A program made the position numbers and the translations under genes. Shown piece by piece: positions 51,901-59,639 of a stretch of 64,000 nt of DNA. The notes beneath the pieces were generated by a model. That model was not told where the DNA came from, ran no database searches, and worked only from the letters and a program-made list of their open reading frames with translations. Numbering within the stretch: the first letter of the stretch is position 1; the number at the start of each line of letters is the position of its first letter. This DNA is from an uncultured virus (IMG/VR IMGVR_UViG_3300008261_000014). Taxonomy: Duplodnaviria > Heunggongvirae > Uroviricota > Caudoviricetes. The stretch covers positions 1 to 64,000 of IMG/VR virus record IMGVR_UViG_3300008261_000014. One strand, written 5' to 3'.

Positions 51901-52728
51901 GTCCATAGAGTTAGATGGGAAGCAGATTCATCTGTACCATCAACATTCTTCTATGGTGGATCAGGTGGTAGATCTTATACTGGATCAACAATCTCTAATG
52001 GTTCAGTTGTTTATATTACACCTTACCTAGGATCATCTACACAGTTTATTGCTTCAACAGTAGCACCAGGCTCTGGAACATTCCCAAGAACTGCAACTCT
52101 TACTAACAATGCACGTTGGTACACTGGTGGCTCAACTGGTTCAGGTGCTCAAGTAATTATTTATACTAACGATGGAGCAACCTTTACATATCCAACATCA
52201 CAAACATACAATATTGGATCAGGAACAGACATTGTTCCATCAGTAATCCCTCTAGTATCAGCACGTCTTGCTCCTTCAGTAGATAATGCTAACACTGGTA
52301 ACTTAGGTTCAAAAGAAGTAGTAAATAGAATGCAGACAATTCTTAACTCTGTTGGTATTCTTACAAACTACGACTGCGAAATCTACTTGATTCTTAACTC
52401 AACTTTAGATAACACTAACTGGACATTCGTGAACAAGCCTTCACTCAGCCAGTTGATTAAACACTCTAAGGGAGATTTGTACACTGGTGGAATTGTTCTC
52501 TACAACTTCCGTGCAGCAGGTACTGGAACCGTAAACTCACAAGATACTACATTATCTCTTGCAGAACTTGCAACTTTAGGTAACTCAATCCTTGGTGGAG
52601 ACGGTGTGTTCCCAGACGGACCAGATGTTCTTACAGTAGCAGCAGTTGTCGTAGAGCCTGCCTCAGTAACTGAAGCAATACCTCTTAAAATCTCTGCTCG
52701 TGTCTCATGGACAGAATCGCAGGCGTAA
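45907..52728 (+). CDS. Giant (2273 aa) virion structural protein with repeated beta modules
   Basis: Many HG/TG-F.TG..V.Y...GL..G.TYYV...F.L repeats; LIDTDFEYG N-terminus and WYGAG...RYE C-terminal domain. Confidence 0.7.
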   Translation: MSGYLRPQTEETLFEPIETYVDPVSKIRVSTPSNLIDTDFEYGLQETRWETIELVNNIPTFFSRPGQTALSHTSVLATQGSDIVQVVCSTEHNLSVGSPIIVSGLTTNIAEGAFVVSRLVSAFIIEYKAKKTMNFAGVTPGGTVEIKDDTTQIFGGRLYQATQYKLDTLGSIRTDGAVPSILTVDTIYPHGFSVGTKFILSNTVGGKTLRFNAASIIPTNVDTLTATVETNATTSLEGYSKFAFVPYDWRGKVSGFFQASNVDYNASTITITSHGFTTGDPVMYVGPYEDTLVGGLTNYSLYYAVKIDNNTVALSSTEIDEYNTATLVQFTRNGTSNFGQHALFFANKVASATVADVITTTNNLKGVEEDDPVFVFSTGTGLTAASPHKSTNNHTVTNYVKLYVNQANKTEARETWTNSGTSLDVVTNVFTVPSTSGFTTGDAVTYYSNSGTIPTGLTSGNTYYIRVRSSTTMSLHTSAAGASSDTLQVDVTSTGTGTSTVIKQNRTLRLGTAPAGTGILDINGTTINGTTWIVVGIMEENYDSVYVPNHGFSSDDVVLVETASGEGGPVDENYGKITALATTGINTTSNVITVDDGSRVNTGTPVFLTAQSAETTFNANAGVNLATDVITVASTTGFTTGDAVTVKHRARPLSFEQANGIDPVTDQITVPSTENYVSGQEVVYYNGGDVVPNGLTSGSTYFVRVINSTTISLHGSKAGAQGNNNTVDLVARGSGVGALKPVNAQPGGLTDNGTYYVRVASGTTFTLHASSADAIANNNLVNITASGSGTATITQSSPTLAGGLTNNTKYFVRKTGTNTLTLHPTLANAIANTSIVDITTVGTAKVQLAIVAPTVSNLSAIDTATEILTMVNGDATTFRTGQAVLFTMDDGTTTTPFTSTPQVVPGRNYYIRPLSSTTFTLHTTPEKAIDNTGSINFTASTTNANVRFTGGFGPISIGQRINYFVEKVNENRIRLKPTKASAYQAFLPSPYSSGTMTFTRRTATDFADGIYLPQNALSEGQILTYSSGVNPAITGLVNANQYYVFTPTENYFRLSTTATFSSLNIPVQGLSTVDTVAFYITSAGHGYSTASAEPAIYNSTTPIGGLKSGTVYFVRGLDANRLALFYSPESAASLVVNAAGEAPVDDRVPLLDTNLGGTGTFKKIPGLINFSAVGTGTHELSITGTNAIDGIYEIQTIPTDTHFTLNPTSAILSPRTYTFDPLNTLDLNYSIINQTNHQYYTGAPVVYNTSGTQIGGLVAGTTYYAIRISQDWFQLAATRDDAEIGREIVLTSFGSGVTHSITSSNVAAEFPASGTVSLVPGTKTINGLGTNFPNLYKIGDVFKVYVPDTRLSNLEFVTQSSGINLTTNIVTTQDTHTYTTGLAVRVSSSTTLPTGLSASRIYYVRALTTSTLAFYPNPADANADSNRIDITGLGTGNMTISPVLPGTVFASKITGIRSATALTVEDTIPVTGSDEAQTPISTASGVARTDLSYATSTSLYVKGDGFAVHRPYDGGVELTPSTNPDASMIRQTRKYFRYQSGKGIQVSKAINFNAPTQIDTYTRVGTTATITTRNPHRCTDVVTVRIVDAVNGIGDLGPNYWNGNFEINQIIDERTFTITLLGTPQTDRPGGFPQFNPVSWVNCVLRSGLFDDQNGIFFEFDGSKLYCVRRSSTQQMSGTATVAFNSTRIVGSSTSFSSQVAKGQSVVIKGQTYKVVKVDSNDIMYIQPAYRGISKSGVIISKVVDTKVEQANWNLDPADGTGPSGFNLDLTKIQMAYIDYSWYGAGKVRFGFKDQKGHVKYFHEFIHNNIFTEAYMRAGNLPARYEITSTGIPSYVPSLSHWGTSIIMDGEFQDDKAYLFTAAGDSIQFTNNSTQKTAPGQIETTKSYTITDPDTATTVAAYRITFDSYTNAVVAAIKNNTAVANSTALNEKLPVGTKTIGVPVRGYNNTGWVYVDQAPSATDGATFRTVTSQQQLFDATNNFTVFTVASGHGMTAGTVHRVRWEADSSVPSTFFYGGSGGRSYTGSTISNGSVVYITPYLGSSTQFIASTVAPGSGTFPRTATLTNNARWYTGGSTGSGAQVIIYTNDGATFTYPTSQTYNIGSGTDIVPSVIPLVSARLAPSVDNANTGNLGSKEVVNRMQTILNSVGILTNYDCEIYLILNSTLDNTNWTFVNKPSLSQLIKHSKGDLYTGGIVLYNFRAAGTGTVNSQDTTLSLAELATLGNSILGGDGVFPDGPDVLTVAAVVVEPASVTEAIPLKISARVSWTESQA

Positions 52729-52731
52729 CAG

Positions 52732-53382
52732 ATGGCTCTGAGACGACTAGGAATTGCTAACCCAGATCCAAATACACCAGTCCTAATATTTACTTCGGAT
52801 GGCGAGTACCTTGCCTCTGTATTGGTTACTAATGGAAATGAAAACATTGGATCTACAACAATATACATTGACCCAGAAGGTGCTGGAATCGATGCAAACT
52901 TTGTTTACATAACAAAAAATCTTCTAATTGAGTCAGGAAACTCAGTAGAAGTACACAGATTTGCTTTGGTGGAGGGTGATAAACTATACGTTAGTGGAAG
53001 TAGAGAAGGATTCTCATTCCTGGCAGAGGGAATTCAACAAACAGACCTACTCGCATACTCCCCAAAGCAACTACTTACTCGTACTGATGCTGCTTCATCG
53101 CATACATTAGTATTTGAAGATATAGATAGAATGCTAAAACTTACCAACGGTAGCACTGTAACACTTACAGTTCCAAATGAGACTGTAAACCCTGCACCAC
53201 TTGGTTCAAGGTTTTACGTTACTAGCACACAGGCAGCAGTGCAAGTTGTAGCAGCCTCTGGTGTAACGTTAAATAAGAATGCAGGGTGTACAAATGTTAG
53301 CGAAGGTGCTCACAGCGTAATAGAACTTCTTAAAACAAATCCAAACGAATACCTTTTGTTTGGTGAGTTAAATAGGATATAA
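52732..53382 (+). CDS. Virion structural protein
   Basis: Beta-rich; N-terminal domain similar to the next gene. Confidence 0.55.
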   Translation: MALRRLGIANPDPNTPVLIFTSDGEYLASVLVTNGNENIGSTTIYIDPEGAGIDANFVYITKNLLIESGNSVEVHRFALVEGDKLYVSGSREGFSFLAEGIQQTDLLAYSPKQLLTRTDAASSHTLVFEDIDRMLKLTNGSTVTLTVPNETVNPAPLGSRFYVTSTQAAVQVVAASGVTLNKNAGCTNVSEGAHSVIELLKTNPNEYLLFGELNRI

Positions 53383-53399
53383 TAGGTTAGGGGAGACAC

Positions 53400-54260
53400 A
53401 TGGCAATTAGTAGACTAGCAACAAATGTACCATTAGCAGATACAACAACTGTTATGTTTGCATCTCCAAGATCCGCTTTGATTTCTGTGATTGCTACAAA
53501 CATTGGAAGCGTAGATGACAGAATTAGCATCTATCTAGTACCTAAAGATGAAGACCAAAATCAATCTAAATGGGCTTGGCTTACATATAACACAGATTTG
53601 TCTCGTGGAAACTCCATTGAGACTTACAGATTTACAATTGGTGTAGGAGATAAGGTTTACATTCGCTCTGACCAAGGAGTTACTTCATTCTCTATGAATG
53701 GTATTTACGAGTCAATTGGATCTCAGTTTGTTATTCAGCAGCCAACAGAGCCACCAACTCCACAAATTGGAGACATTTGGTTTAACTCTACTACTAACTT
53801 AATGTATTTTTGGGCAGGTAACGCATGGATTGCCTCTGCTAACCAGACTACAATTGATAACAGTATTGACGCTCACGAGGCCTTAGCAAACCCACACCCA
53901 CAGTACGTAACAGATGCTGAATGGGAAAACCTTTTTGGTGCTAAGACAACTGACAACCTTCCAGAAGGAACTACAAACCAATACTATGTTTCAGAACGTG
54001 CACAAGATGCTGCAGCAGCAGCCCTAACACATAACGATCACGTAAACATTACTGTTACTTACGATGACCTAGCAAATAAAATTGTTCTTACTGGTACAAA
54101 TGCAACGGGTGGAGATGTAGAATTAATCCAAGACTCTGCTGCCGTACTGTTTGACCACACTACCCATAATAATATTACAGCAACCTATGACGATGCAAAC
54201 AATAAGATTGTATTGTCAGGTAATACAACAGATCTAGCATTGATCTGGATGCAGGTATAA
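53400..54260 (+). CDS. Fibre-type structural protein
   Basis: GDIWFNS, H....PHPQY and QD.AA...H..H.NIT.TYDD repeats shared with 42925-45882. Confidence 0.6.
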   Translation: MAISRLATNVPLADTTTVMFASPRSALISVIATNIGSVDDRISIYLVPKDEDQNQSKWAWLTYNTDLSRGNSIETYRFTIGVGDKVYIRSDQGVTSFSMNGIYESIGSQFVIQQPTEPPTPQIGDIWFNSTTNLMYFWAGNAWIASANQTTIDNSIDAHEALANPHPQYVTDAEWENLFGAKTTDNLPEGTTNQYYVSERAQDAAAAALTHNDHVNITVTYDDLANKIVLTGTNATGGDVELIQDSAAVLFDHTTHNNITATYDDANNKIVLSGNTTDLALIWMQV

Positions 54261-54276
54261 GAGAAGAGGTGAAGAA

Positions 54277-54612
54277 ATGCCAGCATATACACCAAAACAA
54301 CTAGCAGCAGTAACACGATTAACTACTACGGCTGCAACATTGTATACAGTTCCAGCAAGCACAACTACACTTGTGAAGCAAATACTTATAGCGAATACCA
54401 GTGGTATAGACGCTAGAGCAACGATTCACATTGTGCCAAGTGGGGGAACTGCATTAGCAACAAACAAGGCCTTTGGAGAAATCCTAGTGCCTGCAAATAC
54501 TACTCAACTAGTAGATGGAAGTATCGTAGTTCCAACAGGTGCTACAATACAGTGTCTAGCAAACGTTGCAGACGCAATCAGCCTACATATTAGTGGAGTG
54601 GAGATAGCCTAA
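54277..54612 (+). CDS. Small beta-sandwich virion protein
   Basis: TLYTVPA...VKQI.IAN...ISGVE. Confidence 0.6.
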   Translation: MPAYTPKQLAAVTRLTTTAATLYTVPASTTTLVKQILIANTSGIDARATIHIVPSGGTALATNKAFGEILVPANTTQLVDGSIVVPTGATIQCLANVADAISLHISGVEIA

Positions 54613-54614
54613 AA

Positions 54615-56288
54615 ATGTCTGATGTAAGAGTTCCAGAGCCTGTTGTCTTGGCTTCCCGTAAGGGTGGCCTTGAGATTTATGGACCAGGAACAGATGGCGA
54701 TGTCACTGTTATTTCAAACATATCTTTGAATAGAGACATGTACTATAACAATCTTACAATTTTAGCAAACGTACAATTAGATACAAACGGATTTAGAGTT
54801 TTTGTTAAAGACACATTAACAATGGCAGACGCCACTTCTGTTATCGGAAGACTCGCTGACACTGTAACTGCAGGAACTATCTTTGGTGGTGGGGCTTCGG
54901 GAGTCAAAGCATCTGATACTCTTGGTGGATCTGGTGGTCTTAATAACGGTGAGAACTTCTTTGGAGAAGCAGAGTTTTATAATTTTTCACAAGCAATTGT
55001 TGCATATAAATTTGATGCAGCATTAAATAGACTTAGAACACTTCAAGGTGGATCTGGTGGAAAACCAGGTACACCAGGTAACAAAGGTGCAGACGGAGTT
55101 GCACAGCCTGCCCCTGCAGGTTCTCCAGGTGCACCAGGAAATTTAAGTCCTACATCTAGAACAAACACAGTGGGTGCCCCAGGTGGAAAAGGATCCCCAG
55201 GAAACACAGGTGCTCCAGGAAACTTAGGAACTGGAGGGCTTGGAGGTGCTGCAGGACTTGGAGGAGACGGAGGTCCAGGTGGTGGAGTAGTTGTTATTTC
55301 TGCAAGAAAAATTATAGGATCTGGAATTATTCGTGCTGACGGAAAGTCTCCAGGACCATTACCTTTACCAGGTGAAGGAACCGCAGGAAGTGTTGGTAAT
55401 CCAGGTGCACCAGGAAATACAGGAGCAAAGGCCCCAGACTTTTTTCAATTCTCAAGAACTCAAGTAAATGCAGCAGGATATAACTACAATGTATTGGCAT
55501 ATGGATACAATGCACCAACAGTAGTTACACAATTTTATCAACAACCATTTTCTGTTACATTTAACTATACCTATACTCAAGTAACTCCAGCAGTTACACC
55601 AGGATATTCTTATGTAAACGCTCCAACTCCAGGCAACGCTTGGTCTAGAGGAATCTTTGGAGTCTTTCCAGGAAGAACTGTTTCTGGAACAAACCCTGGA
55701 AGAACAGTTTTTGGAACAAACCCAGGAAGATTTGTTAGATTTCCAAGAGGTGGTGGATTCTTTCAGCCTGGAAACCCATTCTCATTCTTTCAACCAGGCA
55801 ACCCATTTTCATTTTTTCAGCCTGGACAGCCATGGTCGTATGTACAAACTGGAAGAAACTCCCCAACCCCAGGAAACCCTGGATCTTTTAACCCATTTCC
55901 ATTTACTACACAAAGACAAGTTGCTGCATCTTATACAAACTTTGGAAGCAACACAGAGTCTCGTCAAGTAGGACAAGGACCAACTCAATATTCATTTTTC
56001 TTTGTAGCATATCAGCCAGAGTCAACATCATTTATTCCTTCAGTATATGCTGAGGGTGGTCCTGGTGGAGCAGGAGGAGCAGGTGGTGCAGGAGGATCTA
56101 TTACTGCTGGACTTCCAGGAACTCCAGGAACTATTGGATATGCAGGTGGTGGTGGAGTTGTTTTACTAGTAACTGAAGACAATATTCCTTCTACTATTGA
56201 AGTTAGATCTGCTGCAGGTACAGGTGATGGTGGATACGCTACAGCAGGAAGTGTTATAATTATTAAGAATGAGGAGGATGTTAAATAA
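54615..56288 (+). CDS. Gly-rich, collagen-like fibre protein
   Basis: Runs of Gly-X-Y (GKPGTPGNKGADG, GSPGAPG, GAPGNTG); central Pro/Gly/Phe/Gln repeats. Confidence 0.7.
   Translation: MSDVRVPEPVVLASRKGGLEIYGPGTDGDVTVISNISLNRDMYYNNLTILANVQLDTNGFRVFVKDTLTMADATSVIGRLADTVTAGTIFGGGASGVKASDTLGGSGGLNNGENFFGEAEFYNFSQAIVAYKFDAALNRLRTLQGGSGGKPGTPGNKGADGVAQPAPAGSPGAPGNLSPTSRTNTVGAPGGKGSPGNTGAPGNLGTGGLGGAAGLGGDGGPGGGVVVISARKIIGSGIIRADGKSPGPLPLPGEGTAGSVGNPGAPGNTGAKAPDFFQFSRTQVNAAGYNYNVLAYGYNAPTVVTQFYQQPFSVTFNYTYTQVTPAVTPGYSYVNAPTPGNAWSRGIFGVFPGRTVSGTNPGRTVFGTNPGRFVRFPRGGGFFQPGNPFSFFQPGNPFSFFQPGQPWSYVQTGRNSPTPGNPGSFNPFPFTTQRQVAASYTNFGSNTESRQVGQGPTQYSFFFVAYQPESTSFIPSVYAEGGPGGAGGAGGAGGSITAGLPGTPGTIGYAGGGGVVLLVTEDNIPSTIEVRSAAGTGDGGYATAGSVIIIKNEEDVK
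55668..55838 (+). repeat. Two arrays of 27-bp repeats (PGRTVxGTN and FFQPGNPFS)
   Basis: Visible in DNA at 55668-55730 and 55758-55838. Confidence 0.8.
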
Positions 56289-57358
56289 TGCCTATTACGC
56301 AATTTGGATCAGTTAGTCAAGAATCATCTGCTTTTACACAGACAACTACTTATTCAACAAACTATGTTTTAAATTCAGTTACAGCCCCAGTATTAACATT
56401 GGCAGTTGGAGATACATATACAATTAACCAAGACAATGCTAGCAACGCAAGCCATCCAATATGTATTGGAACAGTAGCAGACAGCACTGGAAGTGCCTTG
56501 AGTTCTGCATATGGAATTAAGTATTTCTTAAACAATACTTTGGTTGCAAACTATGCAGCATATGCTTCTGGATTTAACGCAGCAACTGCTAGAAAAATAA
56601 CTATACAGCCAAACTCATCTACACCAGTAAACTACTATTACTTTGACGGCCTTAATGCTGCAAAGGGCAATCAGATTAGAACAATCACCAGGCTGACACA
56701 AGCAACATACGACTTTAATATCATTCCAGATTCAATTTACGGATCTGGAAAAGACGGAACAGTTACAATCTCAGCAAACACAGATCTTACTAGAGATATG
56801 TATTATAGTAATCTTACTATTGCCCCAGGCGTACACGTAAACACTAATGGGTATAGGGTGTTTGTAAGAAATATCCTTACCTTTAGTTCGGCAATTGCCA
56901 ACCAAGCCACAACAAGTATTGGACTTAAGAATGGTTTTAGTGGTGTTGGATCACTTCTAGGAGGGTCTGAGGTTAGTGTATCAAATAGTCTAGGAGGAGA
57001 TGGTCTTGGCTATGCTAGTAGCCTTCCAGTGGTTGCTAACGGTGGTCCTGAGTACTATAACTTACCAATGAATGCTATTAATGGATATGCTTTTGGTGGA
57101 TCTTTAACAGTCCCACTGCCATTACGTGGTGGTGCAGGAAACGGAACTCAACCAGGTGGTGGAGTTGTTGTAGTTTCTGCAAGAAAGATGGTTGGATTTG
57201 GAACAGTTTATGCAACTGGATACTACAACTCATCTGCAATGGCATACCAAACAGGTGGTGGAGTAATCCTCCTAGTCTCTCAATTTGTAAGACCTTCATC
57301 CGTAGCACTTGATGTTACTGGGCATGAAGCAGGAACTATCAAAGAACTATTGGTGTAA
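56288..57358 (+). CDS. Gly-rich structural protein, paralogous scaffold to 54615-56288
   Basis: Shared YG.G.DG.VT...L.RDMYY.NLTI...TNG.RVFV and GGGVVV.SARK. Confidence 0.65.
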   Translation: MPITQFGSVSQESSAFTQTTTYSTNYVLNSVTAPVLTLAVGDTYTINQDNASNASHPICIGTVADSTGSALSSAYGIKYFLNNTLVANYAAYASGFNAATARKITIQPNSSTPVNYYYFDGLNAAKGNQIRTITRLTQATYDFNIIPDSIYGSGKDGTVTISANTDLTRDMYYSNLTIAPGVHVNTNGYRVFVRNILTFSSAIANQATTSIGLKNGFSGVGSLLGGSEVSVSNSLGGDGLGYASSLPVVANGGPEYYNLPMNAINGYAFGGSLTVPLPLRGGAGNGTQPGGGVVVVSARKMVGFGTVYATGYYNSSAMAYQTGGGVILLVSQFVRPSSVALDVTGHEAGTIKELLV

Positions 57359-57360
57359 TA

Positions 57361-57870
57361 ATGGAATTAATCTATTACGTTCCAGAAGGACGAACCCTTG
57401 ACGAGGATATTCTATTTAAAGCACAGCAATCAGAATGCTCACAAGTTGTTATAGGTAAATCTGATTTAATTGATTTATATCTTCAAGACCCATCAGAGCC
57501 TCAAATTGTATACATTCCAGAAACAAACACTGTGTTTTTAGAAAAAGAAACATTTCCTTTAGGAGAAGAAATTGAACTTTATTATTTAAATGAATGGTTA
57601 ATTTATGAAAAAATGGAAGATTTAAGAATTGAACTTCATTTAGTAGATATGGATGATCCAAAAAATATTCAAATAGTAGAGGAGTATCCTTTAGAAAAAG
57701 AAGGAGACATTAGGTTTGTAGTTCGTTTTACTCCAAAAACCTTTGGAGAATATTACATTAAACTTTATGATAGCAATGGATTCTTGTATAACAAATCTTT
57801 AATTGTTTATAAAGAGACTGTTGTAGAAAACAAAGACACAGAAATTGAGGCACCAAGATTTGAAGTATAA
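57361..57870 (+). CDS. Hypothetical acidic protein
   Basis: ORF between fibre genes and oxygenases. Confidence 0.55.
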   Translation: MELIYYVPEGRTLDEDILFKAQQSECSQVVIGKSDLIDLYLQDPSEPQIVYIPETNTVFLEKETFPLGEEIELYYLNEWLIYEKMEDLRIELHLVDMDDPKNIQIVEEYPLEKEGDIRFVVRFTPKTFGEYYIKLYDSNGFLYNKSLIVYKETVVENKDTEIEAPRFEV

Positions 57871-58456
57871 CATTCTTGCCCCAGGAATTGTAGAATTTCC
57901 CGTTGAAGATTTAATTATTGGTGAAGATGGACTGGCTCCACTTGAATTAAAGTCTAATAGAATCATATCCTCCGATAAAAAAATTAATTACAAATTAGAA
58001 AAACTTCAAAAGACTGTGCTAGAGTGCTTGGTTTCTTATTGTGATTTATACAAAGAGTCTATTCATACCCTACAATGGCAAGAAAAGTATCAATTTTTTG
58101 TAATGAATCCAGGATCTGGAATTCAAAATATTAACCTAAATGCATCTTCTTCTATCAATGATAAAATAGATTATCTTCCATTTACAAGAAAGATAGCATG
58201 CTATGTTTTTCTTAATGACGATTACGAGGGTGGAAGTATTAAATTTGATCAGTTTGAAGACTTGATATACAAACCTAAAGGTGGTACAATATTATTATTA
58301 CCAGCAGACTTTATGTATACGCACTCAGTCAACCCAGTCCTGAGTCATTATAGATTAAGTCTCTTTACTGCTTTTCACGGTGGTAAAGATATTGATTCAG
58401 AGTTGTACGAGAAAGAAAAAGGCATAGGGACAATCTCCCTATCCTATATGAGATAA
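57845..58456 (+). CDS. 2OG-Fe(II) oxygenase-like protein (HxD motif not visible)
   Basis: RKI.C.VFLNDDYEGG.I.F...P...H.V.PV...R; start may be TTG 57860. Confidence 0.7.
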   Translation: MRHQDLKYNILAPGIVEFPVEDLIIGEDGLAPLELKSNRIISSDKKINYKLEKLQKTVLECLVSYCDLYKESIHTLQWQEKYQFFVMNPGSGIQNINLNASSSINDKIDYLPFTRKIACYVFLNDDYEGGSIKFDQFEDLIYKPKGGTILLLPADFMYTHSVNPVLSHYRLSLFTAFHGGKDIDSELYEKEKGIGTISLSYMR

Positions 58457-58465
58457 GGGAATAAA

Positions 58466-59131
58466 ATGATTAAAGATATGCCAAAGGAAGTAACCAAGGA
58501 TATTTTTGGTGGAGCCATTGCAATATACAATGACATCTTTACTAAAGAGCAGGCTGCAGAAATTATTGCAGCATACGAAGCAATAGATCAAGACGTAACA
58601 AGTCAAGTATCTTTTCAGGGTGCAAAAGTAGGTCAGGGACACGACGGTGGTACTGTAAGGTCAAACCAAGTGATGGCAATTGACTCTTGTGACATTGTTT
58701 CTAAGACTGCAAAAGATATGCAAACGGCAACAGAATTAATTAGAGACAGACTTGGAGCAAGCGTTAGAGACTATTGTGACTCATTTGATTTACATATTGC
58801 ATTTGACGAAGGCCTACAACTTTTAAAGTACGGTCCAGGAAAACAATACAAAGCACATTGCGATAGAGGACCAGGACATGAATACAGAACTCTTTCAGCA
58901 GTAATGTATTTAAATCCAAGTGAGTATGAAGGCGGTTCTACCTATTTTGTACATCACGATGTAAATATTCATCCACAAACACCTTCTATTGCTTTGTTCC
59001 CTTCAGACTATGCATACCTACATCAAGCAAAGCCAGTAATTTCTGGAACTAAATATGCTGTTGTAACGTGGTTAGGAGAGCCTGGAACTGAATTTTTATT
59101 GGAAGGAAACAGGTTCAGTGGTCAACAGTAA
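58466..59131 (+). CDS. Prolyl-4-hydroxylase-like 2OG-Fe(II) oxygenase
   Basis: LLKY..G..YKAHCD...RTLS...YLN...YEGG...FPS...H...PV.SG.KY. Confidence 0.85.
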   Translation: MIKDMPKEVTKDIFGGAIAIYNDIFTKEQAAEIIAAYEAIDQDVTSQVSFQGAKVGQGHDGGTVRSNQVMAIDSCDIVSKTAKDMQTATELIRDRLGASVRDYCDSFDLHIAFDEGLQLLKYGPGKQYKAHCDRGPGHEYRTLSAVMYLNPSEYEGGSTYFVHHDVNIHPQTPSIALFPSDYAYLHQAKPVISGTKYAVVTWLGEPGTEFLLEGNRFSGQQ

Positions 59132-59639
59132 GGTTAAAGATCCTTGGATTGTTGATAATTTTTTCAAGCAATCAGATTATACTTCTATTATAAACAAGAT
59201 TAATACATTTAATTTTAACCAAGAGTGGCTTTGGTCAAATGATAATATGAATAGATGGTTTCATAATTCTCCTTATATAACCAATATACTCATAACTAAC
59301 ATTGACAAAGCAAGAAAAGATTTTGGGAGTGAGACATTGCTACCAACTTATGCTACCGTTGCTCTATACGAAAACGACAAATCGTCTTTGCCATTTCACT
59401 ATGATAGCAATGCATGCACCTATAGTTACGACGTTTGCCTGTATTCAAAAGAACCTTGGCCTGTTACTATTGAAGGTAAAGACTATGTTCTTAAAGCCAA
59501 TCAGGCTATTGCAATGTACGGTGAAGATCAATTTCATGGCAGACCACCTTTTACACCAGGAAATAAAGTATTAATGCTCTTCTTACATTATGCAGAGCCA
59601 GACCATTGGTATTTTAACTACAAAGAAAAGACTAGATAA
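59118..59639 (+). CDS. 2OG-Fe(II) oxygenase-like protein
   Basis: LLPTY...Y...LPFHYD...C...WP...HGR...LFLHY. Confidence 0.7.
   Translation: MVNSKVKDPWIVDNFFKQSDYTSIINKINTFNFNQEWLWSNDNMNRWFHNSPYITNILITNIDKARKDFGSETLLPTYATVALYENDKSSLPFHYDSNACTYSYDVCLYSKEPWPVTIEGKDYVLKANQAIAMYGEDQFHGRPPFTPGNKVLMLFLHYAEPDHWYFNYKEKTR

Noticed and set aside
14460..55838. Tandem repeats as CRISPR arrays or diversity-generating retroelement repeats
   Set aside because: All are in-frame coding repeats with synonymous variation and no spacers; no reverse transcriptase is present in the window
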